From Candidatus Hecatella orcuttiae (GTDB lineage Archaea > Thermoproteota > Bathyarchaeia > Hecatellales > Hecatellaceae): 64,000 bases of DNA. The position numbers and the translations under genes were made by a program. The stretch is from NCBI GenBank assembly GCA_002011035.2, contig MTLY02000002.1:192001-256000 (forward strand), written 5' to 3'. The notes beneath the pieces were generated by a model. That model did no database searches, had not been told where the DNA came from, and was given only the letters and a program-made list of their open reading frames with translations. How positions within the stretch are numbered: position 1 is the stretch's first letter; each line of letters begins with the position of its first letter. Shown here in pieces: positions 29,184 to 38,892 of the stretch.

Positions 29184-30758
29184 TTAGGTGGAGGTTTTCT
29201 TAGGCCAGAGGAGGGTCTTAGGCAGCTTGTAGGCTCCAAACCTTTTCCTGACTGTTTCAGGCCAATTCTCAGGGTTGAAGCCGTAAGATGCCAGAAAAGC
29301 AGCAGTCCAGCGGGAGATCCCCAACCCAGTGCAACCGGTCCAGAGAGGGCGGTTTTTAGCCTCGTGGAGGCTGAAGCTTTTGACAAACTTATCCTTGTGA
29401 ACAAAGCAGCCTGCGATCTCCAGCCATTCAGCTTTTTTCCTTTCCCCTCGGTAGGGGAGGTAGACCTCCACATCGAAGGCGGCGACATTACGGCTGTCCT
29501 GGATGTCTCCGATTTCTCCCTCCTTCATGTAGAAGGGGGCGGCTGCCACAATCCGCCAATCCAGCTCCAGCAGTTTGTCAACCACGTCTACCACGCTGTC
29601 TCTTACTGCATCCCTGATCTCCACCACTTGTTCCGGGGAGCCGAGGTAAACCAGCTCTATTCTCCTGAACTCTTGGATTCGAACCAGCCCCTCTACGCCT
29701 CCCCCTTCCCACCGGTAGGTCCACCCTGACCTGTCGTAAAGCTTGATAGGAAGATCCTCAAGCCTCAGGGTTTCATGGCTGAAAAACTGCCAAAAGGGCT
29801 CACACTGAGCAGGTGCAAGGACATATTCAGGTTCTTTCAGGATGCGTTTTAACAGCTCCTTGGGGATCCTCTTGGTCACTTTCACCGTCTCTTTAAACTC
29901 GGTGAAGGCCTCGGGGTCTCGGGGCGGAGGGCATACGTAGTACATGCCCTCAGGGATGCCCTCCAAGTAGCCGGGCATCCGCTTCATAACCGCCAAAGGA
30001 ATAAGCTTCGGGAGCATGAAAGGTTGAAACCCCAGTTTCTTCACGACATTTTCCATGAGAAGCTGCTCTATGACCTCGGAAAGCATGGCATAGGGTGTAG
30101 TGTAAATCCACTGGCCTCTCCCCGGAAACTCCTTAAACCAGCCCAGCTCAACTCCAAGCTCGACAGGGTCTCCTCGGAAGGCCAGTCGACGGGGAACCCC
30201 CTGCCTAACCACTGGATGAACTTCTTCCAGCCTAGCTTCAACCTTTTCTTCCGCCAGCCTCCTCGCAAGGCTGACAACCCTATCAGGGAGGTTATCCTTC
30301 AACTCCGTTTCAGTGAGAGTCTTAAACCGCAGAATCAGTTTTCCATCTTTCCCATAAGCATCCTTGATGTGAGGAAGCCCACGAATTTTTTCCAGGCTTT
30401 GTTGAGAAACTTCTGCGGAAACTTCTACAACCAGATCCGAGACCTCTAAGCCCCGGATGCCAACTTTAAGCTTGGAGCCCAACTCTTGAGCTAGAGCTTT
30501 TCTAAACCTTATCACCGCTGAGGGAGCTCTGACATGGGAGCCAGACCTCACCTGAATAGACAGGGTTCTGCCTTTAACTGTCCAGCTGACTATTTGAGCC
30601 GCCTCCTCTGATCGGCCTGGAGGCGCCCCTTTCAGTAGAAGTTCACGGTTGGCTTTGTCCACCAGTCTTTTGATCACCGCCTCAGCCTCAGCGCCTTCGG
30701 CTTCCCGGCTTAGGGTTAAATGGCAAGTGAGCTGCATCATTAAGGATGGGAGAGTCAT
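29184..30758 (-). CDS. serS: Seryl-tRNA synthetase, methanogen (type 2, Zn-dependent) form
   Basis: FPGRGQW, PKLIP..VM, PAQCEPF, DRSGWTYRWEGG...GL.R..EF.RIE, WTGCTG.G..RW; long N-terminal domain with N..LL.KGAP and VRA. Confidence 0.92.
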   Translation of the reverse strand: MTLPSLMMQLTCHLTLSREAEGAEAEAVIKRLVDKANRELLLKGAPPGRSEEAAQIVSWTVKGRTLSIQVRSGSHVRAPSAVIRFRKALAQELGSKLKVGIRGLEVSDLVVEVSAEVSQQSLEKIRGLPHIKDAYGKDGKLILRFKTLTETELKDNLPDRVVSLARRLAEEKVEARLEEVHPVVRQGVPRRLAFRGDPVELGVELGWFKEFPGRGQWIYTTPYAMLSEVIEQLLMENVVKKLGFQPFMLPKLIPLAVMKRMPGYLEGIPEGMYYVCPPPRDPEAFTEFKETVKVTKRIPKELLKRILKEPEYVLAPAQCEPFWQFFSHETLRLEDLPIKLYDRSGWTYRWEGGGVEGLVRIQEFRRIELVYLGSPEQVVEIRDAVRDSVVDVVDKLLELDWRIVAAAPFYMKEGEIGDIQDSRNVAAFDVEVYLPYRGERKKAEWLEIAGCFVHKDKFVKSFSLHEAKNRPLWTGCTGLGISRWTAAFLASYGFNPENWPETVRKRFGAYKLPKTLLWPKKTST

Positions 30759-30759
30759 G

Positions 30760-31005
30760 TCAGAGCACCTTCAAAGTCTTTTCAGCCGCCTGCAAGCATG
30801 AAAGCAAATCGTCTAAGGTGGCTAAAAAGGTTTCAAAGTTTTTGTCGCATTCTACGGTTGAGAAGAAGGTTTTATTCTTGAACCAAGATTTTACAGAAAG
30901 CTGAGGTGGCGTCTGAAGATTATCCGCTTTCACGCTTTTCGCCAGAGCTTCGGCTTTTCTTCTCCTCTCCATCTTAATCCTCAGCTCAGCCTTAAACTTC
31001 GCCAA
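30760..31005 (-). CDS. pcc1: KEOPS complex subunit Pcc1
   Basis: 81 aa, DN...P, T.DDLL..L..AE; sits upstream of serS-rps3ae as in the conserved archaeal block. Confidence 0.8.
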   Translation of the reverse strand: MAKFKAELRIKMERRRKAEALAKSVKADNLQTPPQLSVKSWFKNKTFFSTVECDKNFETFLATLDDLLSCLQAAEKTLKVL

Positions 31006-31082
31006 CTAAACCGTAACCTCCTCTGAGAATCATCTGGTCAACTGGCCCTAATACGTTTTCCATCATCAGAGAGATAGAGGCT

Positions 31083-31877
31083 TCACTTCAACTGATCGGT
31101 ATAAATTTTGGAAAATAACTTGATAGGCCCCGGATACTTGCCAGCCCTTATTTCGTCAAGTCCCATAGCCGCAAACTTTAAAGCCTCTCTGGCTTTTTGA
31201 GCAAGCCCTACCCCCACCTTGAACTTGACTCCGGTTTCCTCATACACGGCGGTTATAATTTCGTGCAGCTCAGAAGTAGACAAACCATTACATGGTGAGA
31301 TAAAGTTGTCTCCTCCGCAGAAAAAGAGGAGAGCCTCTTTTTCTTTAAGGAGGAAAGCTAAAGTTTGAAATGAACGGTCTATCGCCAATGCCGCATCATA
31401 CGCCGATCTAGTGTCGAGGAAAAGTTTGGTTGAATCATCTACGTCAAAGTGGGCTATTTGAACCAAGCCTCCACCTTCATCCACGATTTTTTCGGAATTT
31501 ATGAGAATCATTCTTTGACTATGTACGGGGGATGTATTGCGTTTGATAAGTTCCTCCGACGCCCATCTTTGAGCCTTGTAGGCGGTAGAACTTACACCGA
31601 CGCTCATGCTTACCGATATGGGGTAGCGGCTACAAATTTCAGATTGAATACGCCTATGGGATCCTTCATCTATTCCGTTAGTTACCGCCATCATGGTATC
31701 AAAGCTGTGGAAGAATGCTATTCCGCCAAGCGAAGAAAAAAATCTTTGAACATCAGTGTAGAGACTGGCCTGCAATATTTGCAGTTTATCTTCACGGTCA
31801 TATCCCAAAGAAGAAGTCCAGCGGCCATAATTATCGATCTGGATGAGGGTTATCTGTATTAGGCCGTTGGAAAACAT
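31083..31877 (-). CDS. gch3: GTP cyclohydrolase III (IIa)
   Basis: IQIDNYG.WT..LG.DRE..LQ.LQ..LY, AHFDVD, GGDNF, KVGVG. Confidence 0.92.
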   Translation of the reverse strand: MFSNGLIQITLIQIDNYGRWTSSLGYDREDKLQILQASLYTDVQRFFSSLGGIAFFHSFDTMMAVTNGIDEGSHRRIQSEICSRYPISVSMSVGVSSTAYKAQRWASEELIKRNTSPVHSQRMILINSEKIVDEGGGLVQIAHFDVDDSTKLFLDTRSAYDAALAIDRSFQTLAFLLKEKEALLFFCGGDNFISPCNGLSTSELHEIITAVYEETGVKFKVGVGLAQKAREALKFAAMGLDEIRAGKYPGPIKLFSKIYTDQLK

Positions 31878-31889
31878 CTGCCACGTCCT

Positions 31890-32357
31890 CTAAGAGATTG
31901 TTATCGGATAGCTCTCGGCGGAAGCTACTTTTACCAACCTGACACGTTTAACCATCTTGACGGCTGCTTCTACTGCCCTCTTCGCATACTCATCTATTCT
32001 TTCTGTACCTTGCAGCCTCGTCATTCCCGGACCTGACATACCCAAGCTGACAGGTTTTCTATACTCGACTGAAAGGTCGGCGATTTTTCTGGAAGCATGC
32101 TGGGCTACAAGTTCGTCGTGTTTAGTGTCTCCTTCCACAACGGCGCCTAGGGTTACCACGGCGTCAACTTCCTCCATTTCTAAGAGCTGTTTTATTGCGA
32201 GGGGCATATCAAAGGCTCCCGGAACTTTGTATATGTGGGTGACCTCTGTCTCTAAGAACTTTGCATGGTCTAATGCTCTCTGTAGCATTAGGTAGGTTAT
32301 GTCGTAATTAAACTCGGAAACTACTATTCCTAGGCGAATTTTTTCTTCCATTCTCAC
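31890..32357 (-). CDS. ribH: 6,7-dimethyl-8-ribityllumazine synthase
   Basis: [29 protein letters not shown]. Confidence 0.96.
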   Translation of the reverse strand: MRMEEKIRLGIVVSEFNYDITYLMLQRALDHAKFLETEVTHIYKVPGAFDMPLAIKQLLEMEEVDAVVTLGAVVEGDTKHDELVAQHASRKIADLSVEYRKPVSLGMSGPGMTRLQGTERIDEYAKRAVEAAVKMVKRVRLVKVASAESYPITIS

Positions 32358-32363
32358 TCCTCC

Positions 32364-33547
<1,184 letters not shown>

Positions 33548-33667
33548 CCTCTGACCTTCGTTGGTAGAAATAAGTTTGAATACAATAAATAAGTTTCTAC
33601 TCAAAAAAGAGTATAAGAAGCTGGAAATCTGCGGTACTTTTATAGGCTTCGGAACGAAATCAGTAAA

Positions 33668-33735
33668 TCAACCGCAGGCAAGCAGATGATAAGCTTAGTG
33701 CTTACAGCCTCAGCGGAAACCTTGTTGCGGGTTGA
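33668..33735 (+). ncRNA. Putative structured 5' leader (riboswitch-like candidate) of queT-queC
   Basis: Outer stem TCAACCGCAGGCAAG / CTTGTTGCGGGTTGA encloses the hairpin TAAGC-TTAGT-GCTTA; begins about 23 nt after TTTTATAG and ends 4 nt before ATG 33740. Confidence 0.4.
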
Positions 33736-33739
33736 AGGG

Positions 33740-34228
33740 ATGGCAATGAAAAGCAGGGAATTATCTCTAGTCGCTGTTTTTGCGGCGCTTTACGCCGGTT
33801 TGGTGACGGCTTTTGCACCCTTGAGCTTTCTCATGGTTCAGGTGCGTATCGCAAATGCCTTGATAGGACTTGTTCCTTTAGTGGGCATGCCTGCCGTGTA
33901 TGGCATCGCCTTAGGGGTTCTTTTGGGAAATTTAACCAGCCCTTTGGGTGCGATAGACTTGGTCAGCGCCGGGCCCTCTTTCCTTGGCTTGCTCGCCGTG
34001 TATAAGCTGAGAAAAACCAGTGTCACCGCCGGCCTTTTCCTATACACGTTGACGTTGTCGTTGTGGGTTGCCTTCATGTTATACTATGTTTTAGGTCTCC
34101 CCTACGGCTTAACTTTCATCTACGTCTTTGTGGGGATAGCCATAGCGACCGTCGGTTTGGGGTATGCCCTCTACAAGGGTGTACACAAGGTCATGAGCTT
34201 CAGGGAAATTGAGGTGAAGCTAAAATGA
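33740..34228 (+). CDS. queT: QueT-family (ECF S-component-like) transporter
   Basis: AALY..L....APLSF..VQVRIA.AL, G..LG..L.NL.SP.G.ID; directly upstream of queC; start at 33740 or 33746 preferred over 33686. Confidence 0.85.
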   Translation: MAMKSRELSLVAVFAALYAGLVTAFAPLSFLMVQVRIANALIGLVPLVGMPAVYGIALGVLLGNLTSPLGAIDLVSAGPSFLGLLAVYKLRKTSVTAGLFLYTLTLSLWVAFMLYYVLGLPYGLTFIYVFVGIAIATVGLGYALYKGVHKVMSFREIEVKLK

Positions 34229-34872
34229 AGGAAAAAGCCGTCGTTATAATGTCAGGCGGGGTTGACAGCTCAACCCTAGCGTATTGGGCGAAAAAGAGAT
34301 ACGGGGTTTATGGTTTAACTTTCAACTACGGGCAGCTGGCGGCTAAGGAAACACTTCACGCAAAGCTTGTGGCGGAAACTCTGGGAATCTCCCTGAAGAA
34401 AATAGACCTTTCACAGTTGGAGACAGTGTTTAGGGGTGTTTCTCCACTGTGCGACAGAAACATGGAGATGCCTCCATCGTTCCGTTCAACCCTCATCGTT
34501 CCCTTTAGAAACGCTATCTTCCTCGCGGTTGCGGTTGCCTATGCTGTATCCATCGGAGCTAAGGCTGTTTTCTACGGAGCCCACAGGTCAGATGCGCCCT
34601 TCTATCCAGATTGCAGAAAAGAATTCTTCGAAGCATTTCAAGAAGCTGCGCGAAGCGGAACCGCCACGGGAATCGTCGTCGACGCACCATTCCACAACAT
34701 GGCTAAATCTGAAATAGTTAAGCTGGGTAAAGAGCTAAACGTACCCTTCGAGTTAACTTGGAGCTGTTATCTGGACGGAGATAAACACTGCGGAAAATGT
34801 GAGTCCTGTGTAAACAGAAAAACCGCCTTTAAGGAAGCAGCTGTGGAAGACCCGACTTCCTACCAAGCATAG
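34225..34872 (+). CDS. queC: 7-cyano-7-deazaguanine (preQ0) synthase
   Basis: SGGVDS, F.YGQ, VPFRNAIFL, YPDCR.EF, TWSCY...HCGKCESC..R. Confidence 0.97.
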   Translation: MKEKAVVIMSGGVDSSTLAYWAKKRYGVYGLTFNYGQLAAKETLHAKLVAETLGISLKKIDLSQLETVFRGVSPLCDRNMEMPPSFRSTLIVPFRNAIFLAVAVAYAVSIGAKAVFYGAHRSDAPFYPDCRKEFFEAFQEAARSGTATGIVVDAPFHNMAKSEIVKLGKELNVPFELTWSCYLDGDKHCGKCESCVNRKTAFKEAAVEDPTSYQA

Positions 34873-34892
34873 CAGAGGCTTAACTTCGCCAC

Positions 34893-36317
34893 CTAAGTTA
34901 AGCTCTCTCCAACCATCTGTTCGACGAGTTGAACGAAGCTTTCTTCCCCTTCTGGAGGGATGGTGGCCCCTGCGGCTACATTGTGGCCGCCTCCCTTTCC
35001 CCCTACTTTTTCAGCCGCTGCCTGCATGATGACCCCCAAGTTTAGGCTTCGATCCACCAAGGTTTGGCTGGCTCTGATGGACGCCTTCACCTCTCCTGTC
35101 CTGGTGTTCGTTAAGGCTAAGAGGGGCTTGGAGGGGGGAAAACTCCCTGAGCCTGAAAGGATGGTGGCTATGGGGCTGATGAGGTTCTCATCCACCAAGC
35201 CGTGGCCTCGGATGAGGGTGAGCTTCAAAAGCGTTTTTACGCGGTCCTTGTCCTCCATCAGGCTGGTTACGGTTCTTCCCAAGGTTCGCCTGTAATCGTT
35301 GAGGACGGCTTGGGCTTCCTCCAGGGCTTTTCCCCTTTCCCCTAGGCAGAGGGCTACTCCAAGTCCTGTTTTTTCCATCTTGGCGCAGGCATTAAGGAGG
35401 GCGGCGTACTCCCGGCCGTCCCGCAGCGGAGTCCATTTGTCTTCCTTCTTGAAAGTGTAAACACCGCCCAGCAGGCTTAGGATTGTGTTCTGAGCAAAAC
35501 CCTTGGAAGATAAGTAGATGGTGATTTCGGAGAAGATTTTCTGCTTCTCATCAGGGGTGAGGTCTGAAATCGTCCTCCACCGTTCTCCAGCTTTCAAAGG
35601 TATGTCCAGCTGGGAAAGAAAACCTAGGCAGCGATCCTCTTCCCCACTCAAGCCGGGGATGAAGGGGTTCAGGGTGGTGGCCAAGGCTTGGGGCAGAGGC
35701 CTAGTTTCCCTTCCATAGAAGAGAAGGTCTGTGGAGACCTCTAGGAGGCCGTTTGCCTCAGCGTCCTTCACAGCTTCCAAGTTCAGCCCCTGCAGCGTCC
35801 TAGCCTCGTTTTTGTCCTGAAGGTCTCCCAGGGCTCCTACCACTGCGAGAGGAGCTAAGTCCACGTTCTCCCGGCTGAGCTCTCTAACTACTAGATAACA
35901 CATCCCAGCGCCGCTTATGTCTCGGGCTCCATCGAAGCCGTAGGGGTGAGGGTTCACATGAATGAGGCTGGGAAAGTCCAGCGGGAGAGGCTTATGATGG
36001 TCTATCACCAACACTGCCTCTGAGGAAAGCTTTCCCAGCATGTCCAAATAGCCGCTTCCTATCTCTGTGAAGACGCAGAACTTGAAGCCGGCTTTTTCAT
36101 GCCGGTCTAGGAAGCGGTCGTCGATGCGGGGTATAATTCTTAAGAGAAATTTACCTCCCAGCCTATGCACAGCTTTAGCCACAATAGAGCCAGCAGCCAA
36201 GCCGTCAGCGTCGTTGTGGGAAAAAATGGGGATAAAAGCTTCTTTTTCCACCCATTCTCGGAGAATTCGCGCCGCTTCTCCGCACTGCCGAGTTAAGTCT
36301 TGGATAGATGAGCACAT
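34893..36317 (-). CDS. RecJ-like DHH-family phosphoesterase (archaeal RecJ/Cdc45-like)
   Basis: HNDADG, IDHH, VGALGD.QD, GGGH..AAGA; follows rps15. Confidence 0.92.
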   Translation of the reverse strand: MCSSIQDLTRQCGEAARILREWVEKEAFIPIFSHNDADGLAAGSIVAKAVHRLGGKFLLRIIPRIDDRFLDRHEKAGFKFCVFTEIGSGYLDMLGKLSSEAVLVIDHHKPLPLDFPSLIHVNPHPYGFDGARDISGAGMCYLVVRELSRENVDLAPLAVVGALGDLQDKNEARTLQGLNLEAVKDAEANGLLEVSTDLLFYGRETRPLPQALATTLNPFIPGLSGEEDRCLGFLSQLDIPLKAGERWRTISDLTPDEKQKIFSEITIYLSSKGFAQNTILSLLGGVYTFKKEDKWTPLRDGREYAALLNACAKMEKTGLGVALCLGERGKALEEAQAVLNDYRRTLGRTVTSLMEDKDRVKTLLKLTLIRGHGLVDENLISPIATILSGSGSFPPSKPLLALTNTRTGEVKASIRASQTLVDRSLNLGVIMQAAAEKVGGKGGGHNVAAGATIPPEGEESFVQLVEQMVGESLT

Positions 36318-36333
36318 GTCTTTTAGCCTAAGC

Positions 36334-36783
36334 CTACATGAAGGAGCCTACGATGGGCTTATATTTCCAGTCAGCCGGAAGCTTGCCTCTTCTCTTGTAA
36401 TATTCGACAAGCCGATGGATTCGTGACTCCAGAAGATAGAGGCTGTGGACGTTTTTATGGTCGCCTCGGTTCTTTTCCAAGTGCCTAGCTAGCTGGCTGC
36501 TTCTCTTCAGCAGAGCCGCCAAGTCCTCGGGAATCTTCGGAGCCAAACCGGCTTGGGAGAGAATCTGAGTGATCTTTTTGTTAGTAATAGACCTAGTCAG
36601 CGGAATACCGTACTGATCTCGAAGGATCATTCCTATCTTGTCAGGGGGATTCCCTTCTTTGGCTAGTTTGATTATCTGAGATTCCACTTCCTCCGGCCTG
36701 TAGGTACACCAAGAGGGGGGCCTTTTGGTCACAGGCCTAGTGGAGTGGGACTGCCCCCTTCTATGAGCGTGAACCCTCGCCAA
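36334..36783 (-). CDS. rps15: 30S ribosomal protein S15 (S13e)
   Basis: MAR.H...RG.S.S.RP, IG.ILRDQYGIP, PEDL..L, ESRI.RL..YYK. Confidence 0.97.
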   Translation of the reverse strand: MARVHAHRRGQSHSTRPVTKRPPSWCTYRPEEVESQIIKLAKEGNPPDKIGMILRDQYGIPLTRSITNKKITQILSQAGLAPKIPEDLAALLKRSSQLARHLEKNRGDHKNVHSLYLLESRIHRLVEYYKRRGKLPADWKYKPIVGSFM

Positions 36784-36831
36784 CTTCGATCACCCGACGA
36801 ATATGCGCTCCGTAAAATAGAAGCATATCCT

Positions 36832-37431
36832 CTATAAGAATTTAGCCTTAGCCAACCAGCATGCCAGTTTCCGGAAGGCTTGGGCCCTGTGGGAAAACTG
36901 GTTTTTCACAGCCAAAGACATCTCCGCAAACGTCTGGGAGCATCCGTGAGGCTGAAACAGGGGGTCGAAGCCGAAGCCTCCCTTCCCACGGCTTTCTTCC
37001 ACGATCAGCCCTTCTACTTTTCCGGTGAACAGTTGAGGCTTCGCCTTTGGGGAGCCGTAGGCTATGACTGAAAGAAAGTAGGCTTTCCGCCGGTTTTGCC
37101 CTTTCATCAGCCTTAGGACACCTTCCACACCCAAGGTCCGGTAAACGTAGGAGGAGTAGGGGCCGGGGAAGCCTCGGAGGCTCTGGATGAATAAGCCGGC
37201 GTCTTCCACCATTACTGGGAGGTGATGTTTTTCCAGCACTTGAGTTAGGCTGTTTCGGGCTATGGATGCCAGGTCTTCGGATTGAATTTCCACAGGCTTA
37301 AAAGCCAGCCTTCTTACGGTGAGGCCGTAGCCGGCGGCTAAGGTTTTTATTTCTTTGAACTTGTGGAGGTTTGAGGTGGCGAAGAAGACTTCTCTCCGTT
37401 TCTTGGACGAGGGGTTAGAGGAGAAGAACAG
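36832..37431 (-). CDS. rdgB: Non-canonical purine NTP pyrophosphatase RdgB/HAM1 (apparent CTG start at 37431; ORF track starts at 37293)
   Basis: FATSNLHKFKE upstream in frame, then EIQ, EDAGL....L.GFPGPYS, GFGFDP.F, KN..SHR. Confidence 0.92.
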   Translation of the reverse strand: MFFSSNPSSKKRREVFFATSNLHKFKEIKTLAAGYGLTVRRLAFKPVEIQSEDLASIARNSLTQVLEKHHLPVMVEDAGLFIQSLRGFPGPYSSYVYRTLGVEGVLRLMKGQNRRKAYFLSVIAYGSPKAKPQLFTGKVEGLIVEESRGKGGFGFDPLFQPHGCSQTFAEMSLAVKNQFSHRAQAFRKLACWLAKAKFL

Positions 37432-37432
37432 T

Positions 37433-38878
37433 TCAGCTTCCCTTCTTCATCTGGGAGAGTTTTTTCCTGATGAGAGCGTTGGTCAACTCTGGGTCCGCTT
37501 TGCCCCCCGTGGCTTCCATGGTCTTGCCGATCAGATAGTGGATTGTTTTTTCGTCGACCAAGGCATCTTCCACGGCTTTGGGATACTCTTTGAAAACTTG
37601 GGCTATGTAGCCTTCTAGGGTTTGGAGGTCGGTGATGCGCCACCAGTCCTTTTCCCTGACGACGGTGGAGGGGCTTTTTCCGTGTTTCATCACCTCCCAA
37701 AGGACTTTCTTGGCTATTTTGATGCTTATGTCCCCTCGGTCCATCAGCTTCAGCATTTCCGCTAGATATTGAGGAGCCAGCTTAGCTTGGTCTATGTCCA
37801 CCTCGAGGCTGTGGAGGCATTGGAGCACATCCCCCATCAGCCAGTTGGCAACAGCCTTGGGTTTATCGTAGAGTTTAGCGCATTCCTCGAAGAAATCCGC
37901 CATAGCCCGGTCGCTCGTCAGAACCTCCGCGTCATATTCCGGAAGACCGTAGGCTTTTAGGAAGCGTTCTTTCCGGGCGTCTGGAAGCTCCGGCATCCGG
38001 CTGCGGAGGAGCTCTACCATCTCTTGGGATATCCGAACAGGCGTTAAGTCGGGTTCCAGGAAGTACCGGTAGTCTTGTTCCTCCTCCTTCACCCTGAGGC
38101 TGAGGGTCGTTCTTCTCACATCGTCCCAGTGGCGGGTTTCCGTTTGAATCTTTACTCCTTTTTTTAATAGATCCCGCTGCCGGACTATTTCGAAAGTCAA
38201 GGCCCTCTCCACATCCTTGAAGGAGGAAATATTCTTCACCTCAACTCGGCCTCCGCCTTCGATGGATATGTTCGCATCGCACCTCATCGCTCCCTCCAGC
38301 CCGCCGTCGGAAACACCCAAGTGTTCAAGGATAGAACGGAGCTTTTGGAGGAAAGCTCGGGCCTCCGCGGGAGCCTCCAACTCCGGCTCGGTGACGATTT
38401 CGAGGAGAGCAATTCCAGCCCGGTTGTAGTCCACCAAGGTGTAGGGGGAAGTGTCGATGGTGCCGTGGTAGAAAAGTTTCCCAGGATCCTCCTCCAGATG
38501 GATCCTCCTAAGCCTCACTGTCTTCCGGGTTTTTCCCACTAGAAAGCCCACCCAGCCTCCGGAGGCTATGGCTATGCTTCCCCCTACATCATACTGAGAG
38601 ATCTGGAAGTTCTTAGGCATGTCAGGGTAAAAGTAGTTCTTGCGGACGAAGAAAGTTTGAGGCGCCACCTCACAGTTTAGGGCCAAAGCCACCATGACGG
38701 CCAACTCTACCGCTTTCTCGTTAAGCACAGGCAGCGAACCTGGAAGACCCAAGCATACAGGGCAGACGAAAGTGTTAGGGGTCTTCCCTCTGTAATCCGA
38801 GGAGCAGCCGCAGAAAAGCTTAGTCTTGAGACTGGTCAGCTGGCAGTGGATTTCCAGCCCTATCTTCACTTTCTCCAA
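37433..38878 (-). CDS. gatB: Asp/Glu-tRNA amidotransferase subunit B
   Basis: IGLEIH.QL, RKNYFYPD.PK.FQISQ, HLEED.GK, DYNRAG..L.EIVTEP, RCDANIS, EVKN. Confidence 0.97.
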   Translation of the reverse strand: MEKVKIGLEIHCQLTSLKTKLFCGCSSDYRGKTPNTFVCPVCLGLPGSLPVLNEKAVELAVMVALALNCEVAPQTFFVRKNYFYPDMPKNFQISQYDVGGSIAIASGGWVGFLVGKTRKTVRLRRIHLEEDPGKLFYHGTIDTSPYTLVDYNRAGIALLEIVTEPELEAPAEARAFLQKLRSILEHLGVSDGGLEGAMRCDANISIEGGGRVEVKNISSFKDVERALTFEIVRQRDLLKKGVKIQTETRHWDDVRRTTLSLRVKEEEQDYRYFLEPDLTPVRISQEMVELLRSRMPELPDARKERFLKAYGLPEYDAEVLTSDRAMADFFEECAKLYDKPKAVANWLMGDVLQCLHSLEVDIDQAKLAPQYLAEMLKLMDRGDISIKIAKKVLWEVMKHGKSPSTVVREKDWWRITDLQTLEGYIAQVFKEYPKAVEDALVDEKTIHYLIGKTMEATGGKADPELTNALIRKKLSQMKKGS

Positions 38879-38892
38879 GGCCCTTCACCAGC

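Noticed and set aside
33683-33720. Hammerhead ribozyme or C/D-box sRNA in the queT leader (CAGATGA...GAAAC)
   Set aside because: The core is CAGAUGA rather than CUGAUGA, GAAA does not directly follow stem II, there is no stem III or cleavage triplet, and no CUGA D box
36832-37449. rdgB as a 5'-truncated or frameshifted pseudogene
   Set aside because: Manual translation shows the N-terminal motif in the same open frame with no stop or shift; only a canonical start codon is missing
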